This document shows, in pieces, positions 19,757 to 30,659 of a stretch of 64,000 bases of DNA. Under the pieces are notes generated by a model that was not told where the DNA came from, did not search any database, and saw nothing but the letters and a program-made list of their open reading frames with translations. The DNA comes from Gammaproteobacteria bacterium (GTDB lineage: Bacteria; Pseudomonadota; Gammaproteobacteria; JACKNK01), in the NCBI GenBank assembly GCA_049604295.1, contig JBMYTL010000004.1, forward strand, positions 9,952 to 73,951, read 5' to 3'. Each line of letters begins with the position of its first letter. Position 1 is the first letter of the stretch. The position numbers were made by a program, and so were the translations under genes.

Positions 19757-20017
19757 TCACTCAGTGCAGCTTGGGCATGCGCCCGCACCACAGGACGGCG
19801 CGGGCGCTGAGGACTCCGCGACATTCCGCTTGGCGCCGGATTTGAAATCAGTCTCGTACCAGCCACCACCTTTGAGTCGGAAACCAGAGGCCGACACGAG
19901 TTTTATGAGCGTTGCCGCCCCGCACTCGGGACAATCCGTGAGGGGCGCATCAGCCATCTTCTGCATGGCTTCCAGTTCGTGACCACAATCGTCACAACGG
20001 TATTCATAGATCGGCAT
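19757..20017 (-). CDS. FmdB-family zinc-ribbon protein
   Basis: MPIYEYRCDDCGHELE...CPECG, the classic FmdB CxxC...CxxC ribbon, plus a C-terminal Cys-rich tail. Confidence 0.7.
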   Translation of the reverse strand: MPIYEYRCDDCGHELEAMQKMADAPLTDCPECGAATLIKLVSASGFRLKGGGWYETDFKSGAKRNVAESSAPAPSCGAGACPSCTE

Positions 20018-20159
20018 GGTTGGGAATCCTCGGGTACGCTTGCTGCGTCGGTGATAACGCTACGGCTCTCATATGGGGCCCGTCCCAGCCTGTTCAAGAG
20101 CCCTGATCGCGCGATTGTATATCCATATCAGCGAAGCCTGATAGGTCAAGGAACCCCGC

Positions 20160-21032
20160 ATGCCCCAAGTCCATAAACCACCCCGAGCCGTCCTTATCAC
20201 CGGTTGCTCCACCGGCATCGGCAGGTGCACCGCCGAGGGATTGGCACGGCGCGGCTACAGGGTGTTCGCGACCGCGCGCCGCCACGAGGATGTCGCGGCA
20301 CTGAACGCCCTTGAGGGAATTGAGGCGCTGCACCTGGAACTGCGAGATCCCGATTCCATAGCCCGGGTTGTGGAGACGGTAATGGAGCGAACAGGTGGAA
20401 AGCTCTATGCGCTATTCAACAATGGTGGGTACGGCCAACCGGGCGCCGTCGAGGACATCACCCGTGACACCCTGCGCGAGCAGTTCGAAACCCTGGTCTT
20501 CGGTTGGCACGATCTGACCCGTTCCGTACTTCCCGCCATGCGTGCCGCGGGAGAAGGGCGGATCATTCAGAACAGCTCCGTGCTGGGCTTGGTCGCTCTG
20601 CCGTTTCGCGGCGCCTACAACTCCGCGAAATTCGCCATCGAGGGACTCAGCGACACCTTGCGACTCGAACTTCATGGCAGCGGGGTCCATATCTGCCTGG
20701 TCGAACCCGGCCCCGTGCTCAGCGCCTTTCGCGCCAATGCGATGGCCGCATTCCAACGCCATGTGAGCGTCGAGGGAAGTCACTTCCAGACGCACTATGA
20801 AGGCATGCTGGCGCGGCTCAACACGCAAGGCCCCGCGGCACCGGGGACACTTCCCCCCGAGGCGGTACTCAAGAAGGTCATCCATGCCCTGGAGTCGGAT
20901 CATCCACGCGCTCGCTACTACGTCACCTGGCCCACCTACCTGTTCGGATACCTGCGCCGGGTGCTTGGCACCCGGGCCCTTGACTGGGTGTTACGCAAGG
21001 TATCGGCCGATGAATTGCAGCGACACCGTTGA
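20160..21032 (+). CDS. SDR-family short-chain dehydrogenase/reductase
   Basis: TGCSTGIG cofactor motif, NNGG, and a YNSAK catalytic-tetrad region. Confidence 0.75.
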   Translation: MPQVHKPPRAVLITGCSTGIGRCTAEGLARRGYRVFATARRHEDVAALNALEGIEALHLELRDPDSIARVVETVMERTGGKLYALFNNGGYGQPGAVEDITRDTLREQFETLVFGWHDLTRSVLPAMRAAGEGRIIQNSSVLGLVALPFRGAYNSAKFAIEGLSDTLRLELHGSGVHICLVEPGPVLSAFRANAMAAFQRHVSVEGSHFQTHYEGMLARLNTQGPAAPGTLPPEAVLKKVIHALESDHPRARYYVTWPTYLFGYLRRVLGTRALDWVLRKVSADELQRHR

Positions 21033-21065
21033 GCGCTTCGAGCGAAGCTCGGAGCCCCCGACCTC

Positions 21066-21935
21066 TCAGTTCGTCTTTGCGAACTCCATCTCCCGCGTCA
21101 GAAGCTGCTCGTACATGGCCGTGACAGCCTGCACTTCACCGGCCTCGATGATATGGGTGAAGTAAGGTTTTGAGTTGGCTTCGAACAACATCCAGCCCTC
21201 CTCCTCCGGGTCATCATCACCGGACCCGGTGCCCGCACTCACACCGACATCAAAACCGGCGAACCCCAGACCCGTGCGTTCAAAGACGGGCCGAACGAAG
21301 GCACCCAGACGCTCCAGCAACCCGGTGTCCTCAACCCGTTTGCAGCCGCCGGTTTCCCAGTACCGGGCCATGAAACCATCCCGCCCGCCATTGCGTTCGT
21401 AGGCAAACAACGGCTCGCCACGGTGACAAACCACCCGGTACTCACAGCGCAACGGGACGAACTGTTGCGCGATGCCGACGTAATCGTAAAACCGCGAGCG
21501 CTGATCGAAGACCGCCTCAAGAGCCTCTCTGACCTCCGCCGCGTCCCGGCACAAGCGCACCCCCCTGCCCAGTGAACCCGAGTTGGGCTTGACGACCATC
21601 GGATAACCCAGGGACCGTGCGGCACGATCCGCCATGGTCCGGGTTTCCGCCTCAAGCACGTAGTGCCGGTACTCAGGGTCCGTCCCCGGATCCAGGAATG
21701 CACACGTCGCGGGCATGCGGACGTGGGGGCTCACAACCGCATGAAAGTGTGCCTTGTCCATGCACAGCGCGGCCTGGGATTCCGTGTTGAACGGCGTTCG
21801 CGAAAGACTGAACAGCCAGGATATGCCGACGTCGCCTTGGTACACGGTGAGCAGATTGCCCTCCCGGTCATGACTGTCGACATCAAACCCCAGCGTAAGC
21901 GCGGCAGCCCGCAAACAGCGCAACTGAGCTAGCAC
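21066..21935 (-). CDS. ATP-grasp domain protein (RimK/alpha-L-glutamate-ligase-like)
   Basis: ATP-grasp features: GYPMVVKPNSGSLGRGV, a Gly-rich loop and FEANSKP. Confidence 0.55.
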   Translation of the reverse strand: MLAQLRCLRAAALTLGFDVDSHDREGNLLTVYQGDVGISWLFSLSRTPFNTESQAALCMDKAHFHAVVSPHVRMPATCAFLDPGTDPEYRHYVLEAETRTMADRAARSLGYPMVVKPNSGSLGRGVRLCRDAAEVREALEAVFDQRSRFYDYVGIAQQFVPLRCEYRVVCHRGEPLFAYERNGGRDGFMARYWETGGCKRVEDTGLLERLGAFVRPVFERTGLGFAGFDVGVSAGTGSGDDDPEEEGWMLFEANSKPYFTHIIEAGEVQAVTAMYEQLLTREMEFAKTN

Positions 21936-21980
21936 GAACCTGAATCTTCCGCAAAAGAAATACCAAACGCGGGATCGCGC

Positions 21981-23489
21981 TCAGCTATGCACGCCCAGCA
22001 ACTCGTTTCCGGCGATCCGGTTTTTGCGCTCCTTTTCCTCGTCACTTCGGACCAGTTCGAGCTGCTCCAGATAACCCTCACTGACATCCCCGGTCACGTA
22101 GCGGCCATCAAACACGGACGCGTCGAAGCTGCTGATCTTGCGGTTTCCGCGGCGAACTGATTCCTTGAGATCATCCAGATCCTGGTAAATCAGCCCATCC
22201 GCACCGATGGCCTCGGCCACTTCTTCGTCGGTCCGCCCGTGGGCAATGAGTTCATGGGCGTTGGGCATATCGATGCCATAAACGTTGGGATGACGCACCG
22301 CGGGAGCCGCGGAGGCGAAATAAACCTTCCGTGCCCCTGCCTCCCGGGCCATTTCGATAATCTGTCCAGAGGTTGTACCGCGAACGATCGAATCATCCAC
22401 CAGCAGGACGTTCTTATCCTTGAATTCCAGGTGGATGGGATTGAGTTTCTGACGTACCGATTTCTTGCGGATCGTCTGCCCGGGCATGATGAAGGTCCGC
22501 CCGATATAACGGTTCTTGATGAAACCCTCGCGGTAGGTGACTCCAAGCGCATTAGCCATCTGCAATGCCGATGTGCGGCTGGTGTCCGGAATGGGAATCA
22601 CGACATCGATATCCACGTCCCGCCACTCACGCATTATTTTCTCAGCCAGGAACTCGCCCATCCGCAGGCGCGCCTTGTACACGGAGACGTTGTCGATGAT
22701 GGAATCCGGCCGCGCGAAATAGACGTATTCGAACAGGCAGGGGTTGAGTTCCGGCCGCTCGGCGCACTGCCTATTGAACACCTCGCCCGACTCAGTGATG
22801 AAGAATGCCTCACCGGGCTCCACATCACGCTCGACCGTGAAACCAAGGGAATCGAGCGCGACACTCTCCGACGCGACGCAGTATTCCGTGCCGAGATCGG
22901 TATCACGACGCCCGAACACCAGGGGCCGGATACCGTACGGGTCACGGAACGCCAGCAGGCCGTAGCCCGGTATCAGGGCCACAGTGCCGTACGCGCCCCG
23001 GCAGCGCCGATGTACGCCCGCAACGGCACGGAACAGATCATCGGGTTCGATCCTCAACTTCCCGATCGCCTGCAATTCCGCCGCAAGGATGTTGAGCAGG
23101 ATCTCCGAGTCCGACTCCGTGTTGATGTGTCGCAACCCCTCCTCGAACAATTCCTGCTTGAGCGCGTTCGCATTGGTCAGGTTGCCGTTGTGACCGAGCG
23201 CAATCCCGTAGGGCGAGTTCACGTAGAACGGCTGTGCCTCGGCCGAATTGGACAGGCCCGCGGTGGGATAACGCACATGGCCGATACCGATGTTGCCTTG
23301 CAGATCCCGCATGTGCCGGGTGCGGAACACATCACGCACCATACCGTTGTCCTTGCGCAGGAAGATATGACCGTCCTGAGACGTCACAATACCGGCCGCG
23401 TCCTGCCCCCGGTGCTGAAGGACGGTCAAGCCATCATAGAGGGTCTGATTTACCGGGCCGCGCCCTACCAAACCGATGATGCCGCACAT
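21981..23489 (-). CDS. purF: amidophosphoribosyltransferase
   Basis: N-terminal MCGIIGLVG (Ntn Cys1), a GATase type-II domain and a PRTase domain ([13 protein letters not shown]). Confidence 0.9.
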   Translation of the reverse strand: MCGIIGLVGRGPVNQTLYDGLTVLQHRGQDAAGIVTSQDGHIFLRKDNGMVRDVFRTRHMRDLQGNIGIGHVRYPTAGLSNSAEAQPFYVNSPYGIALGHNGNLTNANALKQELFEEGLRHINTESDSEILLNILAAELQAIGKLRIEPDDLFRAVAGVHRRCRGAYGTVALIPGYGLLAFRDPYGIRPLVFGRRDTDLGTEYCVASESVALDSLGFTVERDVEPGEAFFITESGEVFNRQCAERPELNPCLFEYVYFARPDSIIDNVSVYKARLRMGEFLAEKIMREWRDVDIDVVIPIPDTSRTSALQMANALGVTYREGFIKNRYIGRTFIMPGQTIRKKSVRQKLNPIHLEFKDKNVLLVDDSIVRGTTSGQIIEMAREAGARKVYFASAAPAVRHPNVYGIDMPNAHELIAHGRTDEEVAEAIGADGLIYQDLDDLKESVRRGNRKISSFDASVFDGRYVTGDVSEGYLEQLELVRSDEEKERKNRIAGNELLGVHS

Positions 23490-23534
23490 GCAGGGAACCT
23501 CTTTCCCGTCAGGGGGATGAATGGTGGGCGAAGA

Positions 23535-24032
23535 CTAATTCAGATTGGACGCAATGTCGCCGGGCACGAGCGTCAGAAGCCTCTCAGCGAGAGGTTCGAT
23601 CTGGGCGATGAGTGCCGATTCGCGCCACCAGGGATCGTCGGTCAGTGGTGTCATGCGCGCTGCCAGTACCAACACGCATACGATCAACAGCCCTCTTGCC
23701 GCACCAAACAGCAGGCCCAGCATACGATCGGTTCCGGAAAGACCGGCACGGTTCACCACCTCCACGAGCATACGCACACCCAGGTTCCCCGCGATCAAAA
23801 CGCCCACGAACACCGCGGTAAAACCCGCTCCCTGCTGCAGCGAAGGCGTGGCGAGCGGAATCTGTGGAGCAAGCACGGCACCGAAACGCAACGCACTCCA
23901 GGCCGCCACGGCCCAGATGCCCAGGGAAAGAGCCTCCCGAACCAGACCCCGGTAGAGACTGAGCAAACCGGAGACCGATACCACCAGGATGATGGCGACA
24001 TCAGCCCAGTTCGCGCTTACCGCGGAATCCAT
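23535..24032 (-). CDS. cvpA: colicin V production protein CvpA
   Basis: 165-aa four-TM protein. Conserved cvpA-purF arrangement. Confidence 0.8.
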   Translation of the reverse strand: MDSAVSANWADVAIILVVSVSGLLSLYRGLVREALSLGIWAVAAWSALRFGAVLAPQIPLATPSLQQGAGFTAVFVGVLIAGNLGVRMLVEVVNRAGLSGTDRMLGLLFGAARGLLIVCVLVLAARMTPLTDDPWWRESALIAQIEPLAERLLTLVPGDIASNLN

Positions 24033-24104
24033 AACATCCGTTCCCGCGCATCAGAGTCCCACACCACCGCATCATCTGGATAAGCGCCTCCGGTCAGCGC
24101 GGGT

Positions 24105-24656
24105 TCAGTCACGTTCACGCACGGCAATCGCATTGAGTTTGAACCTGCGCTTGATGGCATCGCGGACGCGCTTCGCCTCTCCAACATCGGACACCGGCCC
24201 CACGCGCACTCGGAACAGGGTTCCCGAGGCCCGCTTGAGCGTCTCGATATCGGCGTCATACCCTGCCTTCTTGAGGCGTGCCACAAGTGCCGTGGCATTG
24301 GGTTTCTTCCCGAAGCTGGCCACCTGGACGGTCCAGCGTTGCGTCGTCGTCTTGGCCGCGGTCGGAGCCTGCGGTTTCGCTGCTTGCACCGATGGCCGCG
24401 CGACCGGAGTAGGCAAGGCCGGGCCATTGCCCTCTCCCACACTGACCTTCACCGGCGGCGGCGGTGGACGAAACGTCGGAGCCGCAACGGGCTCTGGCCG
24501 GGGCGCCGTGGATTGCGCGTTGCCCGGGGCCACATCGGGCGCTTTCTCATAGACCGACCCTGGCGGCGGCCCGTCCAGCACCAGCGGCACCACGAGCACA
24601 GCAATCACCAACAGGCTGACCGCACCCACGAGGCGCTGTTTGAGTTGTGGATCCAT
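24105..24656 (-). CDS. dedD: SPOR-domain cell-division protein (DedD-like)
   Basis: N-terminal TM, a Pro-rich linker and a C-terminal SPOR domain (WTVQVASFGKKPNATALVARLKKAGYDADI). folC-dedD-cvpA synteny. Confidence 0.65.
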   Translation of the reverse strand: MDPQLKQRLVGAVSLLVIAVLVVPLVLDGPPPGSVYEKAPDVAPGNAQSTAPRPEPVAAPTFRPPPPPVKVSVGEGNGPALPTPVARPSVQAAKPQAPTAAKTTTQRWTVQVASFGKKPNATALVARLKKAGYDADIETLKRASGTLFRVRVGPVSDVGEAKRVRDAIKRRFKLNAIAVRERD

Positions 24657-24659
24657 GGT

Positions 24660-25946
24660 TCAGCCGCTCGACGGGTGATGACCTGGGGAAGAGCCGGACT
24701 CGCGAAGCGCGGCGGCGACGGTTTCGAACGATCCGAAGATTACGATACGGCCGACCTGCCCTGCGATTCGGCGTGCCAGCCTGTATCCGTCCGCGACATT
24801 CTCGCAACTGTGGGCAGCGCAGGCCACAGACCCCAGACATTCGGCCAGAAACGCCGCGCTCGCCCCCCGGGGTCCCGGCAAACCGCACAGTATCCATTGA
24901 TCCACCTGCCCATCCAGGTTGCCCACCATGCCCGCGATATCCTTGTCACGATAGGCACCGAAAACCGCGACACAGGGCGACCGCTCCGGCAACGCACGAA
25001 GCCGCTCTGCCAGAGCCTTGGTTGCGGCCGGGTTGTGGGCCACGTCCACGTAGGTTTCCGCAGCGCCTTCCAGGCGCTGAAAACGCCCTGGCAGCGTCGT
25101 ATCCCGGAGGGCCCCGTGGACCTTGGCGTTATCACGCTCGAGACCCGCTCGACGCATTGCCGCAACTGCTAACGCCGCATTGCGCCGTTGCACGCCCCCG
25201 CCCAGTGCGCCATCTACCAGCGGGCCGACGCGTTCGCCATCAACCACGAACCACCGCTCACCCGAAGATTCGATGCGGAAGTTCTCGTCAAGGCCTTCGA
25301 GGCGTGCCGCGATCGAACGCGCATATTCACGCAAACTGTCGGGTACGTCAGGATCCGCGCAGAGAGCGGGACGGTCCTTTCGGAAGATACCCGCCTTCTC
25401 CCGGGCGATGGCCTCGCGGTTGTCACCCAGCCACCGTTGGTGATCAAGATCCACCGAGGTGACAAGGGCCACGTCGGCATCGAACACGTTCACGGCATCC
25501 AGGCGTCCACCCATACCTGTTTCCAGGATCACGCTGTCAACCGCGGCCAACTCAAAACACTGCACGGCAAGGAGGGTGTCGAACTCGAACACCGAAAGCG
25601 CCAAGACCTCCGGGGTGCCCGCCAGGCGGGCAAACGCCTTGGTCAACAGCAGCGGTTCGATCACTGCACCATCCACTCGGATGCGCTCGCGGAATTCCAG
25701 CAGGTGCGGCGAACCGTAGACCCCGGTACTCAGCCCATGCGCACGCAGAAGCGACTCCAGGAACGCGCAGGTGGAACCCTTGCCGTTGGTGCCCGCCACG
25801 GTGAACAAGGGGCGTGGGGGATTGAGCCCCAGCGCCGTCGCGGCAACACGAACCCGCCCCAGACCGGGTTCGATGGCTTGGGAGAGCTTTTCCTCGCGCC
25901 AGCGCAGCCACTCCCCGAGGGAGCGTGACCGATCAGAAGGCGTCAC
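24660..25946 (-). CDS. folC: bifunctional folylpolyglutamate synthase / dihydrofolate synthase
   Basis: Mur-ligase P-loop VAGTNGKGST. 428 aa. Lies downstream of accD. Confidence 0.85.
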   Translation of the reverse strand: MTPSDRSRSLGEWLRWREEKLSQAIEPGLGRVRVAATALGLNPPRPLFTVAGTNGKGSTCAFLESLLRAHGLSTGVYGSPHLLEFRERIRVDGAVIEPLLLTKAFARLAGTPEVLALSVFEFDTLLAVQCFELAAVDSVILETGMGGRLDAVNVFDADVALVTSVDLDHQRWLGDNREAIAREKAGIFRKDRPALCADPDVPDSLREYARSIAARLEGLDENFRIESSGERWFVVDGERVGPLVDGALGGGVQRRNAALAVAAMRRAGLERDNAKVHGALRDTTLPGRFQRLEGAAETYVDVAHNPAATKALAERLRALPERSPCVAVFGAYRDKDIAGMVGNLDGQVDQWILCGLPGPRGASAAFLAECLGSVACAAHSCENVADGYRLARRIAGQVGRIVIFGSFETVAAALRESGSSPGHHPSSG

Positions 25947-25977
25947 TTGGCGACCAGGGATCTGTCACCCGGAACGA

Positions 25978-26841
25978 TCAGGGGGTCGGCCGCCCGGTGA
26001 GCAGGGCCAGGATACGGGCCAGTCGGTCACGCATTTCGCGCCGATCCAGGATCATGTCCACAGCACCGTGCTCCAAGAGGAACTCGCTGCGCTGAAAGCC
26101 ATCCGGCAAGGTCTCCCTCACGGTTTGCTCGATGACGCGGGGACCCGCGAAGCCAATCAGCGCGCCCGGCTCGGCCACGTTCAGATCACCCAGCATGGCG
26201 AAACTGGCTGACACCCCGCCCATGGTCGGGTCGGTGAGCACCGAAATGAATGGTAGATTCCGCCGCCCCATGCGTGTCAGTGCCGCTGAGGTCTTGGACA
26301 TCTGCATCAGGGAGATAAGGCTCTCCTGCATCCGCGCGCCACCACTGGCCGAAAAACACACGAGTCCACATTCGTTATCAATGGCCACATTGGCCGCACG
26401 TACGAAACGCTCACCGACCACCGAGCCCATGGAGCCGCCGAGAAAACTGAACTCGAAGGCCGCGACCACAACCGGTACGCCGTTCACCGCCCCCTGCATG
26501 GCCACCAACGCGTCTTTCTCATCGGTGGTCTTCTGGGCCGCAACCAGCCGGTCCTTGTACTTCTTGCTGTCCCTGAACTTGAGTGGATCAATCGGCTCAA
26601 CCCCGACCCCGATTTCATTGCGGGGCTCCGCATCGAGGAAGGCATCCAGACGCCGCCGTGCGCTCAAGCGCATGTGATGGTCACATTTCGGGCAGACGTC
26701 GAGATTGCGCTCCAGTTCGGCGCGGTACAGCACCGCGCTGCAACTGGGGCATTTGCTCCATAAGCCCTCGGGAACATTGCGTTTGCGGTCCCCCTCGGAA
26801 CCACGCACCCGCGAGGGCATCAATTTGGAAATCCAGCTCAT
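25978..26841 (-). CDS. accD: acetyl-CoA carboxylase carboxyltransferase subunit beta
   Basis: N-terminal Zn ribbon CPSCSAVLY...CPKCDHH plus a carboxyltransferase domain. Confidence 0.9.
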   Translation of the reverse strand: MSWISKLMPSRVRGSEGDRKRNVPEGLWSKCPSCSAVLYRAELERNLDVCPKCDHHMRLSARRRLDAFLDAEPRNEIGVGVEPIDPLKFRDSKKYKDRLVAAQKTTDEKDALVAMQGAVNGVPVVVAAFEFSFLGGSMGSVVGERFVRAANVAIDNECGLVCFSASGGARMQESLISLMQMSKTSAALTRMGRRNLPFISVLTDPTMGGVSASFAMLGDLNVAEPGALIGFAGPRVIEQTVRETLPDGFQRSEFLLEHGAVDMILDRREMRDRLARILALLTGRPTP

Positions 26842-26935
26842 GGGGCCGCCTCAAGCTCGTACGACAGTCTGTTGTTGTGCGGCGAGTCTAACAAGGCGTC
26901 ACGGATTAAACCGCACCGCCTCCTCCGTCGGACCA

Positions 26936-27742
26936 TCAGCCGGCATCCATGGCCGAACGCATTTCCCCAAGCACCTCGGACAGGCACGCGGGAATGGCTG
27001 ACGGATCACCCGCCAACTCGCCCATCCTGCGCACGAGGCTGCTGCCCACGACAACGGCATCCGCCACGCGCGCCACGGCAGCCGCCGTATCACCGTCGCG
27101 GATGCCGAAGCCGACACCGATGGGCAGATCCGTTACCGCACGGATCTCGGCCAGCTTTGCTGCTACAGCGTCCACATCGAGATTCGCGGCACCCGTGACG
27201 CCCTTCAGCGAAACGTAGTAGATGAACCCGCTGGCTACCGAGGAGATCAGTTCCAATCTCGGTCCGGTGCTGGTCGGGGCCACCAGGAAGATTGCATCGA
27301 GTCCCTGGGCGTCGAGGGCCTGCTTGAGGTCATGGCCCTCGTCCGGTGGCATATCCACGGTCAAAACGCCGTCAACGCCCGCCTCGGCCGCGGCCTGCGC
27401 GAAGGACTCATAGCCCATGACCTCAACGGGATTGAGGTACCCCATGAGAACCACCGGAGTCGCCTCATCGCGGGTGCGGAACTCACGGACCATCCCGAGC
27501 ACATCGGTCAGGCTGACGTCATGCTCCAGCGCCCGCTCACAGGCTTTTTGGATCACAGGACCATCGGCCATGGGATCGGAGAATGGAACACCCAGTTCGA
27601 TGATGTCGGCCCCCGCATCTACCAGCGCATGCATGGCGGGAACGGTCGCCGACGGATTGGGATCACCGGCCGTCAGATACGGGATGAGTGCCTTGCGACC
27701 GGCGGCTTTCAGGTCAGTGAAACGTTGCTCGATCCGGCTCAC
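26936..27742 (-). CDS. trpA: tryptophan synthase alpha chain
   Basis: MSRIEQRF...IPYLTAGDP...[17 protein letters not shown]. Confidence 0.9.
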   Translation of the reverse strand: MSRIEQRFTDLKAAGRKALIPYLTAGDPNPSATVPAMHALVDAGADIIELGVPFSDPMADGPVIQKACERALEHDVSLTDVLGMVREFRTRDEATPVVLMGYLNPVEVMGYESFAQAAAEAGVDGVLTVDMPPDEGHDLKQALDAQGLDAIFLVAPTSTGPRLELISSVASGFIYYVSLKGVTGAANLDVDAVAAKLAEIRAVTDLPIGVGFGIRDGDTAAAVARVADAVVVGSSLVRRMGELAGDPSAIPACLSEVLGEMRSAMDAG

Positions 27743-28971
27743 AGCTCAATCCCCTCGTAGGCGGCCACGGTATGTACGTCTTTGTCCCCGCGCCCGGACA
27801 GATTGACCACGATGATCTGGTCCTTTTCCATGGTGGGGGCCAGCTTGGCCGCGTAAGCAAGGGCATGGCTGGATTCCAGGGCTGGAAGAATGCCCTCCAT
27901 CCGGGTCAGTGTGTGGAAGGCCTCGAGGGCCTCCGTATCGGTCACGCTGACATAATTCGCACGTCCCGAGTCCTTGAGCCAGGCATGCTCCGGTCCAACA
28001 CCGGGGTAGTCGAGGCCCGCCGAGACCGAATGCGTCTCTACGATCTGTCCCGCGTCGGATTCCATGAGGTAGGTGCGATTTCCATGCAGAACACCCGGGC
28101 GGCCGGCGCACAGGGGCGCGGCATGTCGTCCGGTCTCGACGCCGTCGCCAGCCGCTTCCACGCCATAGATGGCAACCTCTTGATCGTTGAGGAACGGGTG
28201 GAACAGCCCGATCGCGTTGGAGCCACCGCCAACACAAGCCACCAGGGCATCGGGCAGGCGCCCGAACCGTTCCTGGCACTGGCTCTTCGCCTCACGGCCG
28301 ATAACCGCTTGGAAATCGCGCACCATTGCCGGGTAAGGATGCGGCCCCGCAACCGTACCGATGATGTAGAACGTGTCGTCGACGTTGGTTACCCAGTCAC
28401 GCATAGCCTCGTTCAACGCATCCTTGAGGGTCTTGGAACCTGAATCCACCGCCACGACCTTGGCACCCAGCAGCTCCATGCGGAACACGTTGAGCTTTTG
28501 CCGCTCCACGTCCACCGAACCCATGTAGACCACGCATTCCATTCCAAAGCGTGCGGCCACGGTGGCCGATGCCACGCCGTGCTGGCCAGCTCCCGTTTCC
28601 GCGATGACGCGCTTCTTACCCATGCGCTTGGCCAACAATGCCTGGCCGATGGTGTTGTTCACCTTGTGCGCGCCAGTGTGATTGAGATCCTCCCGCTTGA
28701 GGTAGATCTGCGCACCGCCGAGCTCACGACTCCAGCGCTCGGCATGGTAGAGCGGCGAGGGGCGCCCCACATATTCCGCCAGGTCGCGTTCGAACTCAGC
28801 TATGAATTCGGGATCCTTCGCGTAACGCTCATAGGCGTCTCGCAACTCCTCGAGCGGTGCCATGAGGGTCTCGGCGACGAAGATTCCGCCGTAGGGGCCA
28901 AAATGGCCATGGACATCGGGGTAGGCATTGAAGTCCAGCCCCTGAGGATTGTGATTACCGTCTGCGCTCAT
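27739..28971 (-). CDS. trpB: tryptophan synthase beta chain
   Basis: PLP-lysine motif HTGAHKVNN and the GGGSNA loop. 4-nt overlap with trpA. Confidence 0.9.
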   Translation of the reverse strand: MSADGNHNPQGLDFNAYPDVHGHFGPYGGIFVAETLMAPLEELRDAYERYAKDPEFIAEFERDLAEYVGRPSPLYHAERWSRELGGAQIYLKREDLNHTGAHKVNNTIGQALLAKRMGKKRVIAETGAGQHGVASATVAARFGMECVVYMGSVDVERQKLNVFRMELLGAKVVAVDSGSKTLKDALNEAMRDWVTNVDDTFYIIGTVAGPHPYPAMVRDFQAVIGREAKSQCQERFGRLPDALVACVGGGSNAIGLFHPFLNDQEVAIYGVEAAGDGVETGRHAAPLCAGRPGVLHGNRTYLMESDAGQIVETHSVSAGLDYPGVGPEHAWLKDSGRANYVSVTDTEALEAFHTLTRMEGILPALESSHALAYAAKLAPTMEKDQIIVVNLSGRGDKDVHTVAAYEGIEL

Positions 28972-29666
28972 GCTGCCGCCCCCTTGGAACGGGGTTGGTT
29001 GGATGTGGGTTGAGTGTTGAGTTCCAGGTCGGCCCGGCGCACCGCATCGGTGAAACGCATGACCTTGAGCGGGTCTTTGATGCCCTTCGCGGCTTCCACG
29101 CCGCTGCTCACGTCCACCGCGTAGGGGCGTACCCCACGCACCGCCTCCGAGACATTATCCGGGTTGAGCCCTCCCGCCAGAATGATCTGGTGATTGGCTC
29201 CGAACAACTCGCCTATACGGGTCCAATCGAAGGTCTTCCCGGAGCCCCCCGCCTCACCGACGGCATTACTGTCGAGCAGGAACCCCTTGGCAGCGCCATG
29301 ATCATCGACATAGGACGCCAGGACACGGCCGTCCGGAGCCACGCCGCCCATGGGAATCGCCTTGATGTACTCCATGCCCCAGCGAGCACACGATTGTGGT
29401 GATTCCTGGCCGTGGAATTGCAAAAGGTCCAATTCCACTTCATCGAGGACCGAACGGATCAGTTCCTCACCGGCATCCATAAACAGGGCGACCCGTGCTA
29501 CGAAAGCAGGAACACGCCCCGACAGGGCCCGTGCCGTGGCAATGGAGACATTCCGGGGGCTTGCCTCATGGAACACAAACCCCAGGGCATCGGCCCCGGC
29601 TTCCACCGCGCATTGCAGATCTTCATCGCGTGTGATGCCGCAGATTTTGATTCGCGTGTGGTGCAT
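28968..29666 (-). CDS. trpF: phosphoribosylanthranilate isomerase
   Basis: TIM-barrel PRAI signature (KICGIT...). Translationally coupled to trpB. Confidence 0.85.
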   Translation of the reverse strand: MHHTRIKICGITRDEDLQCAVEAGADALGFVFHEASPRNVSIATARALSGRVPAFVARVALFMDAGEELIRSVLDEVELDLLQFHGQESPQSCARWGMEYIKAIPMGGVAPDGRVLASYVDDHGAAKGFLLDSNAVGEAGGSGKTFDWTRIGELFGANHQIILAGGLNPDNVSEAVRGVRPYAVDVSSGVEAAKGIKDPLKVMRFTDAVRRADLELNTQPTSNQPRSKGAAA

Positions 29667-29819
29667 GGGTCACCCGTGGACAGGACGGCGCATGGTAGCA
29701 AACTCAGGCCCCGCCCAACCCCATCTCATCGAACATCTGTACTGGACGTTCAGCAAGGCTCCAATCACCCATGTGTGATCACACTCGACCACTGCCTCGT
29801 GCGTCGGCTGAACAGCCTC

Positions 29820-30599
29820 TCAGAGGAAGGACACCGACTCATCCCTGACGGGAATCGCGAAACGCTGCTCGTAGCGCACCCACATGAAATACAGCCCCCC
29901 CGGCGGCGCGGTTACCCCGGCCCGGCGACGATCGCGCGATGCCAATACCTCCGCGATCCACTCCCTGCGACGATCGCCTTTCCCAACGGCCATGAGCGAG
30001 CCGGCAATGTTCCGCACCATGTGATGGAGAAACGCATTGGCCTCCACGTCCATCACGACGAAATCGCCCTGCCTGCGCAGTTCCAGGCGGTGCACGGTGC
30101 GTACGGGATTGCGCGCCTGACAGGCCGCGGCGCGAAACGCGGAAAAGTCATGTTCCCCGAGCAAAGAAGGTGCCGCCTCGCGCATGGCGTCCACGTCCAG
30201 GGGATTGCGTTCCCAACTCACGCGGGAGTTCAGCAAGCCCGGCCGGGTCCAACGGTTCAGGATCACATAACGGTACGCACGGCGTCGGCCACCGAATCGA
30301 GCATGGAAATCATCGTCCACGGGCATGGCCCAGTTGACGCTGACCCCAGGCGGCAAATTCACGTTCGCACCCAAAACCCAGGACCTTGGCGAGCGATCGG
30401 CCAGGGTATCGAAGTGCGCGACCTGCCCCAAGGCATGCACACCCGCGTCAGTCCTCCCCGCGCAATGCAGTGTCACCGGCGCATCATTGACCACTGCCAG
30501 TGCCTGCTCGAGGGCCCCCTGCACGGACGGTACGCCCTCCTGGACCTGCCATCCGTGAAAGCAGGAACCGTCATATTCCACACCCAGAGCGATTCGCAT
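29820..30599 (-). CDS. truA: tRNA pseudouridine(38-40) synthase
   Basis: MRIALGVEYDGSCFHGWQVQ and the catalytic Asp region AGRTDAGVHA. Start set at the internal ATG. Confidence 0.85.
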   Translation of the reverse strand: MRIALGVEYDGSCFHGWQVQEGVPSVQGALEQALAVVNDAPVTLHCAGRTDAGVHALGQVAHFDTLADRSPRSWVLGANVNLPPGVSVNWAMPVDDDFHARFGGRRRAYRYVILNRWTRPGLLNSRVSWERNPLDVDAMREAAPSLLGEHDFSAFRAAACQARNPVRTVHRLELRRQGDFVVMDVEANAFLHHMVRNIAGSLMAVGKGDRRREWIAEVLASRDRRRAGVTAPPGGLYFMWVRYEQRFAIPVRDESVSFL

Positions 30600-30659
30600 G
30601 AGTAATGACTGCGCAGACCGGGCGGAGCGCTCCGAAGGAGACAAGCCCTGCCTTGACGA

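Noticed and set aside
22239-24083. 614-aa + ORF spanning purF and cvpA
   Set aside because: It lies opposite two conserved genes. His/Arg/Gln-rich with no motifs.
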